Assembly: GCA_025056255.1 (NCBI GenBank)
Contig: JANWVT010000006.1
Span: forward strand, 118,981-182,980
Length of the DNA stretch: 64,000 nt
Direction: 5' to 3'
From: Bernardetiaceae bacterium
GTDB taxonomy: Bacteria > Bacteroidota > Bacteroidia > Cytophagales > Thermoflexibacteraceae
Below, piece after piece: positions 17,489 through 26,592 of the stretch. A model generated the notes under the pieces. The model saw only the letters and a list, made by a program, of their open reading frames with translations, was not told where the DNA came from and ran no database searches. The stretch's first letter is position 1. The number at the start of each line of letters is the position of its first letter. Both the position numbers and the translations under genes were made by a program.

Positions 17489-18796
17489 CTACTTTTGCCT
17501 GAAAAACAAACGAATAGGAACGCCTTCTAAGCCAAAATGTTCTCTTAGTTTGTTTTCGAGGTATCGTTCGTAGGTTTCCTGAATGTATTGGGGTAGGTTG
17601 CAATAAAATGCAAAAGTAGGGCACTTAGCTGGGAATTGCGTGATGTATTTGATTTTAACAAATTTTCCTTTAATGGCAGGTGGAGGGTAGTTTTCTATTT
17701 CGCGCAGCATCACCTCATTGAGCTGTGAGGTGGGGATTTTTTTAAACTTGTTGTGATATACTTGCACAGCTTTCTCCATGGTTTGAAAAATGCGCTGCTT
17801 GTTGATAACCGAAGTGAACAGAATGGGCATGTAGTCGATAGGCGCTAAGCGTCTGCGGATATCTTCTGCTATCTGATGAGCAGTTTTGCTGTCTTTGGCT
17901 ACCATGTCCCATTTGTTAACCATCAGTACGATGCCTTTGTGATAGCGGTGTGCAAGGGCAATAATGCTCACGTCTTGCGATGCCAGCCCGCGCGTGGCAT
18001 CAATCATGATAATGCACACGTCGGAGTCTTCCAGTGCGCGAATGGAGCGAAGTGTAGAGTAAAATTCAATATTGTCTTTGGTTCTGGATTTGCGGCGCAA
18101 ACCTGCTGTATCGGTAATGATGAAATCTTGCCCAAAGAGTTGGTAGCGTGTATCTATGCTGTCGCGGGTAGTGCCAGCAATATCGGTTACAATGCTGCGC
18201 TGTTGCCCCAGTAGGGCATTTAAAAATGAGGATTTGCCTACGTTGGGACGTCCCAAAATGGCAAAACGCGGCAAACCTGCATGTGGGTCTTCTGCTTGTT
18301 CTTCGTTAAAATGAGCGGTGATAGCATCTAACAGTTCACCTGTTCCTGAGCCGTTAATAGCCGATATGGGAAAGACATGGTCGAAGCCCAGTGCATAAAA
18401 CTCGCCTATGTAGTTCATTTTAGCGGGGGTGTCTGCTTTGTTGACAACCACATAAACGGGTTTCTTACTGCGCCGGATAACATTGGCAAAATCTTTATCC
18501 AAATCAGTAATGCCGCTCTCCAAATCAACCATGAAAAGTATCACGGAAGACTCTTCAATAGCTAACTCCACTTGTTCGCGGATGGCTTTCTCAAAAACAT
18601 CGTCGGAGCCGTGTACATAGCCGCCAGTATCGATAACAGTAAAAAACTTATTTCCCCATTGCGCCTGACCGTAGTGGCGGTCGCGTGTTACACCGCTTTC
18701 ATTGTCCATAATAGCTTTTCTGGACTCTGTAAGGCGGTTAAAAAGGGTTGATTTGCCCACGTTGGGTCTTCCGGTGATGGCGACAATGTTTGCCAT
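17489..18796 (-). CDS. der: Ribosome-biogenesis GTPase Der (EngA)
   Basis: Two G domains (GRPNVGKSTLFN, GRPNVGKSSFLN) plus a KH-like C-terminus. Start trimmed to MANIVAITG (Met22 of the track ORF). Confidence 0.9.
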   Translation of the reverse strand: MANIVAITGRPNVGKSTLFNRLTESRKAIMDNESGVTRDRHYGQAQWGNKFFTVIDTGGYVHGSDDVFEKAIREQVELAIEESSVILFMVDLESGITDLDKDFANVIRRSKKPVYVVVNKADTPAKMNYIGEFYALGFDHVFPISAINGSGTGELLDAITAHFNEEQAEDPHAGLPRFAILGRPNVGKSSFLNALLGQQRSIVTDIAGTTRDSIDTRYQLFGQDFIITDTAGLRRKSRTKDNIEFYSTLRSIRALEDSDVCIIMIDATRGLASQDVSIIALAHRYHKGIVLMVNKWDMVAKDSKTAHQIAEDIRRRLAPIDYMPILFTSVINKQRIFQTMEKAVQVYHNKFKKIPTSQLNEVMLREIENYPPPAIKGKFVKIKYITQFPAKCPTFAFYCNLPQYIQETYERYLENKLREHFGLEGVPIRLFFRQK

Positions 18797-18884
18797 ATGT
18801 TTATGATTTTGAGCGTTTTGCAGCAATAAAAGAAAGCTCTTGCCACAAAGCGGGCGCAAATGTAGCTAAAAAATACTAGAATGC

Positions 18885-20312
18885 CTAATGTGGGCTGTCG
18901 AACCACCAAGGAGAAGGAATGGCTTGTTGCTTAATTAAAAATGCTTTTTGGCGCATAAAACGCCTGATGGCGGCAGCTCCCATGCGTGTGCCGCCAATAC
19001 CCGACATTTTGAATGAATTTTTTTCGCCTTCGTGTACCACTGCCGTCAGTGCTGAGTCGTTGATGCTAATAGCACCGCCTTTGATGCGTTTGCCAATGGC
19101 TATTGCCTCTTCGTTGGTGCCTGCAAATACAGCCCCGCTTAGTCCAAATATGGTGCTATTGGCTTTTTCAATTGCATCTTCAATACCATGGAAGGGCATG
19201 ACAGGCATCAGTGGTCCGAAGGTTTCTTCGGTCATCACTTTCATGTCGGGTGTAACGTTGGTGAGTACGGTTGGAAAGCACCAGCCGCCGCCGTCTATCA
19301 TTTCTACCTGACCAGAGCCGGTGAGAATATGTGCCCCTTTTTCTTTGGCGTCGCGCAGGTGTTCGTTAATAATGGCAATTTGTTTGTCTGATATGATGGG
19401 TCCTATTTGTCCACTTTCATAAGTTGGATAGGCAAATTGCAAACGATTGGCTTTTTGTACCAGCAAATCTACAAAAGGCTCAAAAACACGGTCTTCTACG
19501 TAAATACGTTCGATGGACAGACATGACTGCCCTGCGTTAACCACAGAGCCCCAGAGCAAGGAAGAGGTGGCATGCTCTAAATTGGCAGTTGCCGTTACGA
19601 TAGCCGGGTCTTTCCCGCCAAGCTCTAAGAAAACGGGTTTGAAATGACGCGCTGCCGATTCATATACTTTCAAGCCGGTAGCAACACTGCCCGTAAAGCA
19701 AATAAGGTCGGTTAATTCTATTAATTGCGCCCCTGTTTGTCCTGCTCCTTCTACATATACCAGTACTTCGGCAAGTGCAGGTACTTGTGCAATAGATTGC
19801 ATTAGTGGTTTGATGAAGCGTGGGGTAATTTCGCTTGGTTTTACAATCACCGCACAGCCTGCCAGTAGTGCTGGAATGGTATCTATCAGGGAAAGCAGCA
19901 GTGGAAAGTTCCAAGGGCTGATAACACCTACTAGTTCGTAAGGTTCTAACTCTTGTTGAATGCTGATAAAAGGAATGCTACTGGGCTTTTCAATTTTTTG
20001 GCTTAAAACTTCAGTAGCAATGTTGCACCATCGGTCGATAGAGGAGGCTATCAGCTGAGCTTCTAACACTGATTCGGCTTTGCGTCCGGTGTCGGTAGCG
20101 AGGGCTTCTATAATTGCTGGCAACATGGCTTGTGAAACTTTTTTCCACTGTTGCAAAGCAGCTACCCTGCCGGCTACACCCATTGCTTGCCAATGCGTTT
20201 GGGCACGTCGCATTTTTTGGCAAATTGTGGCAAGCTCAGTTGCCTCAGGTGGATGTATGGTATAGTCGTATTTACCATTTCTGGGGTTGCGAACAGGTAG
20301 CGATTGAGTCAT
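18885..20312 (-). CDS. NAD(P)-dependent aldehyde dehydrogenase family protein
   Basis: ALDH motifs FTGS, ELGGKDP and EETFGP. Start trimmed to Met14 (MTQSLPVRNP). Confidence 0.85.
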   Translation of the reverse strand: MTQSLPVRNPRNGKYDYTIHPPEATELATICQKMRRAQTHWQAMGVAGRVAALQQWKKVSQAMLPAIIEALATDTGRKAESVLEAQLIASSIDRWCNIATEVLSQKIEKPSSIPFISIQQELEPYELVGVISPWNFPLLLSLIDTIPALLAGCAVIVKPSEITPRFIKPLMQSIAQVPALAEVLVYVEGAGQTGAQLIELTDLICFTGSVATGLKVYESAARHFKPVFLELGGKDPAIVTATANLEHATSSLLWGSVVNAGQSCLSIERIYVEDRVFEPFVDLLVQKANRLQFAYPTYESGQIGPIISDKQIAIINEHLRDAKEKGAHILTGSGQVEMIDGGGWCFPTVLTNVTPDMKVMTEETFGPLMPVMPFHGIEDAIEKANSTIFGLSGAVFAGTNEEAIAIGKRIKGGAISINDSALTAVVHEGEKNSFKMSGIGGTRMGAAAIRRFMRQKAFLIKQQAIPSPWWFDSPH

Positions 20313-20462
20313 AAGAAGTCGAAAAAAATTTAGTAATATTAGCTCAAACAATGACTTAAATCATCATTTCACGCAATAGCGCAGCGTATTTTTGTTTCAA
20401 TCATAGAGAGCGAGTAGTGGCGCCAACCTAATTTTTAGCGACTGTTTCAATTTTTTGCGCCT

Positions 20463-20498
20463 AACCCTGTTACTTTAATTGGTAACAGGGTTTTTTTT
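20463..20498 (+). terminator. Strong plus-strand intrinsic terminator with no plus-strand CDS upstream
   Basis: Perfect 11-bp stem AACCCTGTTAC/GTAACAGGGTT with an 8-nt loop, followed by T8. Both flanking genes are on the minus strand. Confidence 0.7.
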
Positions 20499-20753
20499 AT
20501 AACCACCAACAGTTGCCAATTGTTTTTTTAGATGCCAATTGTTTGCAATTGCCTTGATTGTCAGTTGTTTATAGAAGAAAAGGTAAGGGTTTGCCGACAA
20601 AGCATGGCACTTTTCAAAGAATATGTCTGCTGCCATGCCATTGATAACATGCCGTAGCATTGGCGTTGTTGGTAAAACACAAGCAACAAAGTAGACCAAT
20701 GGCAGCGTGCAAGTTACATTTTTGAAATGCACAATGGCACTACAACTCGCATT

Positions 20754-21881
20754 TCAGAAATAGCATACCGGATTGGTATTCACTGTGGTTATTTTAATGG
20801 GAATGTTAACGGGTAGCTGCTGCTGCAAGAATTCTTGAAGCAACTGAGTAGTGCCTATCTCACTCTCATAATGCCCGATATCGGCAATGACAATTTTGCC
20901 ATCGGCGTCAAAAAATTGGTGATATTTAAAATCGGCGGTGACAAAAAAATCTGCTCCTGCTGCTATGGCATGGCTCAGTAGGAAACTACCCGAGCCACCA
21001 CATACAGCTACACGCTGCACGGGTTTATCTAACAATTGCGTGTGCCTGATGCAAGGGGTTTGAAAAGTTTCTTTTAGCAATTGTAGAAATTGTTTACCTT
21101 CCATGGGTTTGGGCAAGTCGCCAACCATTCCTGCGCCTACTTCGGGGTTTTCGTTGGCAAGTGGGTAAATATCGAAGGCTACCTCTTCGTAAGGATGTAC
21201 TGCTCGCATAGCGGCTACGATTTTGTTTTGCAAAGGAGCAGGAAAAATGGCTTCGAGGCGGTCTTCTTCTACGCGTTCTAACTGATGAGCCTTTCCAACA
21301 AAAGGGTTGGCTCGGTCGTTTGGCTTGAAAGTACCTTCGCCTCGCAAGGTAAATGTACAGTGACTGTAGTTGCCGATTTGTCCTGCCCCTGCTTCTGAAA
21401 TAGCTTGGCGAACAATATCGGTATGCGAAACAGGTACAAAAACTGATAATTTTTGCAAGGAGTGAGGCTTGGGTAGTAAAATTTTCTGATTAGTCAAGCC
21501 TATTTGATTGGCAATATGATGATTAACACCTTGCAGTACATTGTCTAAATTAGTATGAATAGCATAAATGGCAATGTCGTGTTTAATTGCCTTGATGAGG
21601 GTGCGTTCTACGTAGTTGCGTCCGTTTATTTTTTTTAAGCCTGCAAATACAATAGGGTGGTGCGCAATAATGAGGTTGCAATGTTGGCTGAGCGCTTCTT
21701 GTACTACTTTTTCAGTCGCATCTAAGCTGATGAGGATTCCTTGTACAGTTTGTTTGTCCTCGCCAGTGATTAAGCCAGCGTTGTCGTATTGCTCTTGCCA
21801 AGCGGGGGGTGCCAGTTGGTTTAGTAGACTAACAACTTGCCCAACGGTGAGTGTTTGCATAGCTGCTTTTCGTTTTTGCAA
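20754..21881 (-). CDS. Nif3-like dinuclear metal centre protein (GTP cyclohydrolase 1 type 2 homologue)
   Basis: 375 aa. NIF3 pattern: AP...QE.YDN.GL, IIAHHP, HTNLD, and C-terminal ADIGHYESE. The real start may be Met8 (21860). Confidence 0.8.
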   Translation of the reverse strand: MQKRKAAMQTLTVGQVVSLLNQLAPPAWQEQYDNAGLITGEDKQTVQGILISLDATEKVVQEALSQHCNLIIAHHPIVFAGLKKINGRNYVERTLIKAIKHDIAIYAIHTNLDNVLQGVNHHIANQIGLTNQKILLPKPHSLQKLSVFVPVSHTDIVRQAISEAGAGQIGNYSHCTFTLRGEGTFKPNDRANPFVGKAHQLERVEEDRLEAIFPAPLQNKIVAAMRAVHPYEEVAFDIYPLANENPEVGAGMVGDLPKPMEGKQFLQLLKETFQTPCIRHTQLLDKPVQRVAVCGGSGSFLLSHAIAAGADFFVTADFKYHQFFDADGKIVIADIGHYESEIGTTQLLQEFLQQQLPVNIPIKITTVNTNPVCYF

Positions 21882-22004
21882 ATTTCGGTAGGGGCAACAA
21901 TTTTAATGCAAGTTAGCAACCGGATTTTTGTAAGAAATAGAGCTGTTTGAAAAACGTTATGCGACAAATGCGATTACACATTGGAAAAATTCGGTTTACA
22001 CGCT

Positions 22005-22047
22005 GCCGATGCACGTTGCCGATGCACGCCGCCGATGCACGCCGCCG
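22005..22047. repeat. 13-bp tandem repeat GCCGATGCACG[TC][TC], 3.3 copies
   Basis: Read directly. It is followed by a perfect 10-bp hairpin GTAGCGCGTG-AACA-CACGCGCTAC at 22073-22096. Confidence 0.9.
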
Positions 22048-22143
22048 TTTGATTTTTTGCGAACAAGCAGTTGTAGCGCGTGAACACACGCGCTACAGCA
22101 TAAGACACACCCAAAAATGCTACCAATAAGTTGACACGCGCAA

Positions 22144-23448
22144 TCAAATTTCCATTTTCAAGCGCTGAGCTATTAGTCTTTCTACATATTCGCGCACGCT
22201 CGCCAGTTGAATGCGTTCTAGTACGTCTTGGGCGAAAGCAAACATGAGCAATGCGCGGGCACTTTCCTCTGCAATACCGCGGGCACGCAAGTAGAACAAA
22301 GGTTCTTCGTCCAATGCGCCTACCGTACAGCCGTGTGAACATTTTACGTCATCTGCCCAAATTTCCAACTGTGGTTTGGTATCTACTTTTGCGTGAGGCG
22401 AAAGTAGCATGTTTTTGTTGGACTGGAAGGCGTTGGTTTGTTGAGCATCTTGGCGAACAAAAATTTTACCGTTAAAAATGGCATGTGCGTTGCCTGCTAA
22501 TAGCCCTTTGTAGAGCTCGTTGCTGTGCGAATGAGGTTTGCGATGGTCAACAACTGTGTGATTGTCCACTACGGTGCGGTTGTCTAACACGTACAAGCCA
22601 TTCATGTAGGCAGTACAGTTTTCTCCGTCGATGCCAATGTGCAGGTTGTTGCGCACAATTTCTCCACTGAGCGAAACTGTAGTATTGGCATAGTAGCTGT
22701 CTTGTAATTGCCAAGTTTGTGTGAAGCCGATGTGTGAAGAATGATTGGCTTCGTTTTGAATTTTGTAGTGGTCTAATCGGGCGTTGGCACCTACCAATAT
22801 TTCTGTTACCATGTTGGTCAAACTGTGAGCAGCCGACTCAGCGCTGTTGTAGTGCTCTACCACTGTTACCTGAGCACTGGTTCCTACCACGAAAAGGTTG
22901 CGCGTTTGCACCAATAAATTTTGGGCATCGGTAGCAACAATGTAGTGCAAAATAACAGGAGCAGCTACTACTTGGTTATTAGGTACATAAATGAATGCCC
23001 CTTCTGCATCGGTGGCTGTATTTAAAGCGGCAAAAATATGCTGATGAGCATCGGCATATTGCCCGAAGTGCTTTTCAAATTCGCGTGCGTATTGGCTTCT
23101 TGCTTGGCGCAAGTTGCCAACTTTCAGCTCAGACTCGGGAGAAACAATGTGTGAAAGCGCTGGAACATACACCCCATTGACAAAAACAAGCACATTGGCG
23201 TTTTGTTCGTCGTACACATTGACAAACGAACGAGCCTTTTCTATTGCTACTTCCGCCACATTGCCGTTGGCGAAAAGATAGGCTCTGTTTGTCAAATTTT
23301 TTAGGTTAAGATATTTCCACTCTTCGTGTTTAGTTGTAGGAATATCCAGTGTGTGAAAAATTTCTACTGCTTGTTTTTGTATAGCCGATTGTGGCAGGTG
23401 GGCTTGCAAGTAAGCCGATGCCAATGATTTCAAGTCAGTTTTTTCCAT
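22144..23448 (-). CDS. sufD: Fe-S cluster assembly protein SufD
   Basis: 434 aa. C-terminal SufD/SufB beta-helix pattern (...HSNELYKGLL...NTDAFQSNKNMLLS...PQLEIWADDVKCSHG). Confidence 0.85.
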   Translation of the reverse strand: MEKTDLKSLASAYLQAHLPQSAIQKQAVEIFHTLDIPTTKHEEWKYLNLKNLTNRAYLFANGNVAEVAIEKARSFVNVYDEQNANVLVFVNGVYVPALSHIVSPESELKVGNLRQARSQYAREFEKHFGQYADAHQHIFAALNTATDAEGAFIYVPNNQVVAAPVILHYIVATDAQNLLVQTRNLFVVGTSAQVTVVEHYNSAESAAHSLTNMVTEILVGANARLDHYKIQNEANHSSHIGFTQTWQLQDSYYANTTVSLSGEIVRNNLHIGIDGENCTAYMNGLYVLDNRTVVDNHTVVDHRKPHSHSNELYKGLLAGNAHAIFNGKIFVRQDAQQTNAFQSNKNMLLSPHAKVDTKPQLEIWADDVKCSHGCTVGALDEEPLFYLRARGIAEESARALLMFAFAQDVLERIQLASVREYVERLIAQRLKMEI

Positions 23449-23487
23449 TCCTTTTGTTTTAAATAAAAACTTGGAAGAATTGTTGGA

Positions 23488-24249
23488 TTAGGCATTTTCA
23501 GCCTCAACTTCGGCTTTAATCCAGTCGTAGCCCTTTTCTTCTAATTCCAAAGCCAGCTCTTTATTGCCCGAGCGTACAATACGACCTTGGTAAAGTACAT
23601 GCACATAGTCTGGAACGATGTAGTCCAGTAGGCGCTGGTAGTGGGTAATGACCAATATGGCGTTGTCTGCTCGGCGGAGTGTGTTAACGCCGTTGGCAAC
23701 AATGCGCAGGGCGTCGATATCTAAACCCGAATCCGTTTCGTCTAAAATAGCCAGCCGGGGTTCTAATACTGCCATCTGAAAAATTTCATTGCGCTTTTTC
23801 TCTCCCCCTGAAAAGCCTTCGTTGAGCGAGCGATTGAGTAGCGCTTGGTCCATGTTGACTAATTTCATTTTCTCTTTAATGAGTCTGAGAAAATGAACAG
23901 CATCTAAGGGTTCTTCGCCCCGATATTTGCGAATAGCATTCACAGCAGCTTTGAGAAAGTTTGTATTGCTCACGCCCGAAATTTCTACCGGATATTGAAA
24001 AGCCAAAAATAACCCTTCACCAGCGCGCTCCTCGGGGGCGAGTTCCAACAGGTTTTTACCGTTGAAAATCACTTCTCCGCCCAAAACTTCGTAGTCTTCT
24101 CGTCCTGCTAATACAGATGCCAGCGTGCTTTTGCCAGAGCCATTCGGACCCATAATAGCGTGCACTTCGCCCGGCTTGATTTCAAGGTTAATACCTTTCA
24201 ATATCTGTTTGTCGCCAATAGCTGCCTGTAAATTTTTGATGGATAGCAT
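23488..24249 (-). CDS. sufC: Fe-S cluster assembly ATPase SufC
   Basis: 253 aa. Walker [13 protein letters not shown] signature FSGGEKKR, Walker [13 protein letters not shown]. Confidence 0.9.
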   Translation of the reverse strand: MLSIKNLQAAIGDKQILKGINLEIKPGEVHAIMGPNGSGKSTLASVLAGREDYEVLGGEVIFNGKNLLELAPEERAGEGLFLAFQYPVEISGVSNTNFLKAAVNAIRKYRGEEPLDAVHFLRLIKEKMKLVNMDQALLNRSLNEGFSGGEKKRNEIFQMAVLEPRLAILDETDSGLDIDALRIVANGVNTLRRADNAILVITHYQRLLDYIVPDYVHVLYQGRIVRSGNKELALELEEKGYDWIKAEVEAENA

Positions 24250-24454
24250 ATCTGAAAAGCCGATTAGTTTCTTTATTTATAAGTAAGTTTGCAAAGTTCC
24301 GAATTGTTTAGAACAGTTTTAAACAATCACCTATTTTTTTTCGGAACACCAACATTTACCCCCTTGTTGTGCAACGCAGCAGATGCCGTACGCGTTGTGT
24401 TATCAGTGCGGCAAAGGCACATGGTTAATTCACTAAGCCTAATTGAAAATCAAC

Positions 24455-26500
24455 ATGTGGAAATACCATTATATCGTTCCTTCGGTAGTATTATTTTGTA
24501 TGTTGGCTACCAGTTTTGCTTATGGGCAAGAGAAGGATAAAAAACGCAACGAGCGCCGCAAATCCCCTAAGGAAACTACGTTGAAAAGCCAGACATTCGC
24601 CTTAGAGGACACAGCCTTTTTCTATGACGAGAATGAAATCAGTTTTCGCAACATCAACAAGGTGGATTACTACTACAACGAGCGGCAAATTTTGCTTATC
24701 AACAAATACCAAAAAGAAAAGCAGTGGGATAATTTGTTCAAAGGATTGTTGAGCTATGTGTCTCGCTTTGGCATAGAAAACTTCACAGACCCCTCAGGCA
24801 TGGATATGGTTTGGCAACTGGCACGCGTAGCAGGGCAATTGGGCAAAACTCAGATTATGAAGGAGGCGTTTCAGCTGATTATCAAGCATTACCGTGGCGA
24901 TTTGGCAAGTGCTTGGAAGCGCTACGACAGTCTCTCACGGTTTGAACGCCCTCGATATGTGAGCTTAGAACAATACTATCAGATGCTCGAGCTGCGCAAA
25001 CACATAGATACCTTACGCCCACCGCATAGCGTATTAACCAATATCGGGGAAGCGGTCAATTCTAAGTATGACGACTACGGCGTTACAGTTTCAAGAGACG
25101 GTAAGAAACTGATTTTCACTTCTAAACGCAACCGAATGCCCGGTAGCAACCGGCTTAACATCACCTACAACGAAGACTTGTTCATTGCAGAACGAATTGG
25201 CGACGATACGACTCATTGGCAAGAAGCATATCCATTTGCAGATATTAACTCTAACTACAACGAGGGCTCACCTTGTATTAGCGCTAAGGGAGACTACATT
25301 ATTTTTGCTCGCTGTGAAGCCCCCGATGGCAAAGGGAATTGCGACTTGTATATCAGCTATCGAATAGAGGGGCGTTATTGGTCGGAGCCAGAGAATTTGG
25401 GAGTGGTTAACAGCCCTGCATGGGATTCGCACCCCAGCCTTTCTGTTACAGAAGACACCCTGTTTTTTTCCTCTGACCGCGCTGGCGGCTTTGGCGGAGC
25501 AGACCTTTACTTTGCCGTTCGCCAGCCCAATGGCAAGTGGGGGGCTGCTCAAAATCTCGGACCTATCATCAACACGCAAAAAAATGAGGTCAGCCCTTTT
25601 ATCCACCATAAGTACAACGTACTGTATTTTAGCTCCGACGGACATCTGGTCAATTACGGCGACTTTGATATATTCAAAAGTTACAACATTCGCGGCAGGT
25701 GGAGCGAGCCTAAGAACGTAGGACCGTTGGTCAATAGCAAAGGAAGAGAGTTTTATTTTGCTATTGACGAACACTCGAATCACCTGTTTTTTGCCAAAGC
25801 CGAAGAAAACAACCCCCGCAACTTAGACATTTACTCTTATCCCATGCCAATGGAGGCGCGTCCTAATGCAGTTATCCGCTTTACTGGAAAAGTACGCGAA
25901 GCCGCTACGGGTGAAGTGCTCAAAGGCATTGTGTCTATTATAGACCTAAGCGATGGTGTAGAGGTGATGCCCCGCTACTTAGCAGAAGATGGTACATTCG
26001 AGTTTGAGCTGATTAATAACAAACGCTACATGTTGGTAGTGCAAGGAGAAAATTTCTTCCGATTGGAAGAAGTATTTTTGCTACAAGGCGATATGCAGCG
26101 CGACTTAGCTGTGAAAAGCATTGAAAACGTACGATTCGAATCTATTGAGTTTGCCGAAGGTAGTGCCCAGATTCTACCCAGCATGGAAAACGATTTGCGT
26201 TTAATTATCAACTTTTTAGTGGACTATCCAGAGTTTAACTTGAAAATTTCCGGACATACCGATGGTTTGGGCGATGCTGCTAACAACCTTAAACTTTCTC
26301 AGCAACGAGCAGAAGCTATCAAAAAGTACATTGTCAACTATGGAAAAATCTCCCCTGAACGCATCCAAGCCATAGGCTTTGGCAGTAGCAAACCCATCAT
26401 TTTCCCTGAAAAAACCCCTGACGACAGAAGAATAAACCGAAGGGTAGAATTTAAAATTTACAAAGCTGGCGACTTGGCAGAAGAAAACAACGACAAGTAA
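24455..26500 (+). CDS. OmpA-family outer-membrane protein with TolB-like (PD40) repeats
   Basis: C-terminal OmpA_C motif ISGHTDGLGDAANNLKLSQQRAEA...NRRVEF. Central repeated SP...F.S.R.G..G..D.Y segments. Start set to the first ATG (the track uses an upstream TTG). Confidence 0.75.
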   Translation: MWKYHYIVPSVVLFCMLATSFAYGQEKDKKRNERRKSPKETTLKSQTFALEDTAFFYDENEISFRNINKVDYYYNERQILLINKYQKEKQWDNLFKGLLSYVSRFGIENFTDPSGMDMVWQLARVAGQLGKTQIMKEAFQLIIKHYRGDLASAWKRYDSLSRFERPRYVSLEQYYQMLELRKHIDTLRPPHSVLTNIGEAVNSKYDDYGVTVSRDGKKLIFTSKRNRMPGSNRLNITYNEDLFIAERIGDDTTHWQEAYPFADINSNYNEGSPCISAKGDYIIFARCEAPDGKGNCDLYISYRIEGRYWSEPENLGVVNSPAWDSHPSLSVTEDTLFFSSDRAGGFGGADLYFAVRQPNGKWGAAQNLGPIINTQKNEVSPFIHHKYNVLYFSSDGHLVNYGDFDIFKSYNIRGRWSEPKNVGPLVNSKGREFYFAIDEHSNHLFFAKAEENNPRNLDIYSYPMPMEARPNAVIRFTGKVREAATGEVLKGIVSIIDLSDGVEVMPRYLAEDGTFEFELINNKRYMLVVQGENFFRLEEVFLLQGDMQRDLAVKSIENVRFESIEFAEGSAQILPSMENDLRLIINFLVDYPEFNLKISGHTDGLGDAANNLKLSQQRAEAIKKYIVNYGKISPERIQAIGFGSSKPIIFPEKTPDDRRINRRVEFKIYKAGDLAEENNDK

Positions 26501-26592
26501 GTCGGCATATAGCTTGCACAATTAGTATGTACCTTTGCAGCAAGGTAAATGCAGCCACGTTGTCGGTTACTTTGGCGTAAGCCTATGACAAT

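Noticed and set aside
20475-20732. 85-aa minus-strand ORF in the aldH / Nif3 gap
   Set aside because: It has no motif, and it spans the terminator hairpin and the CAATTG repeats. It is most likely non-coding.
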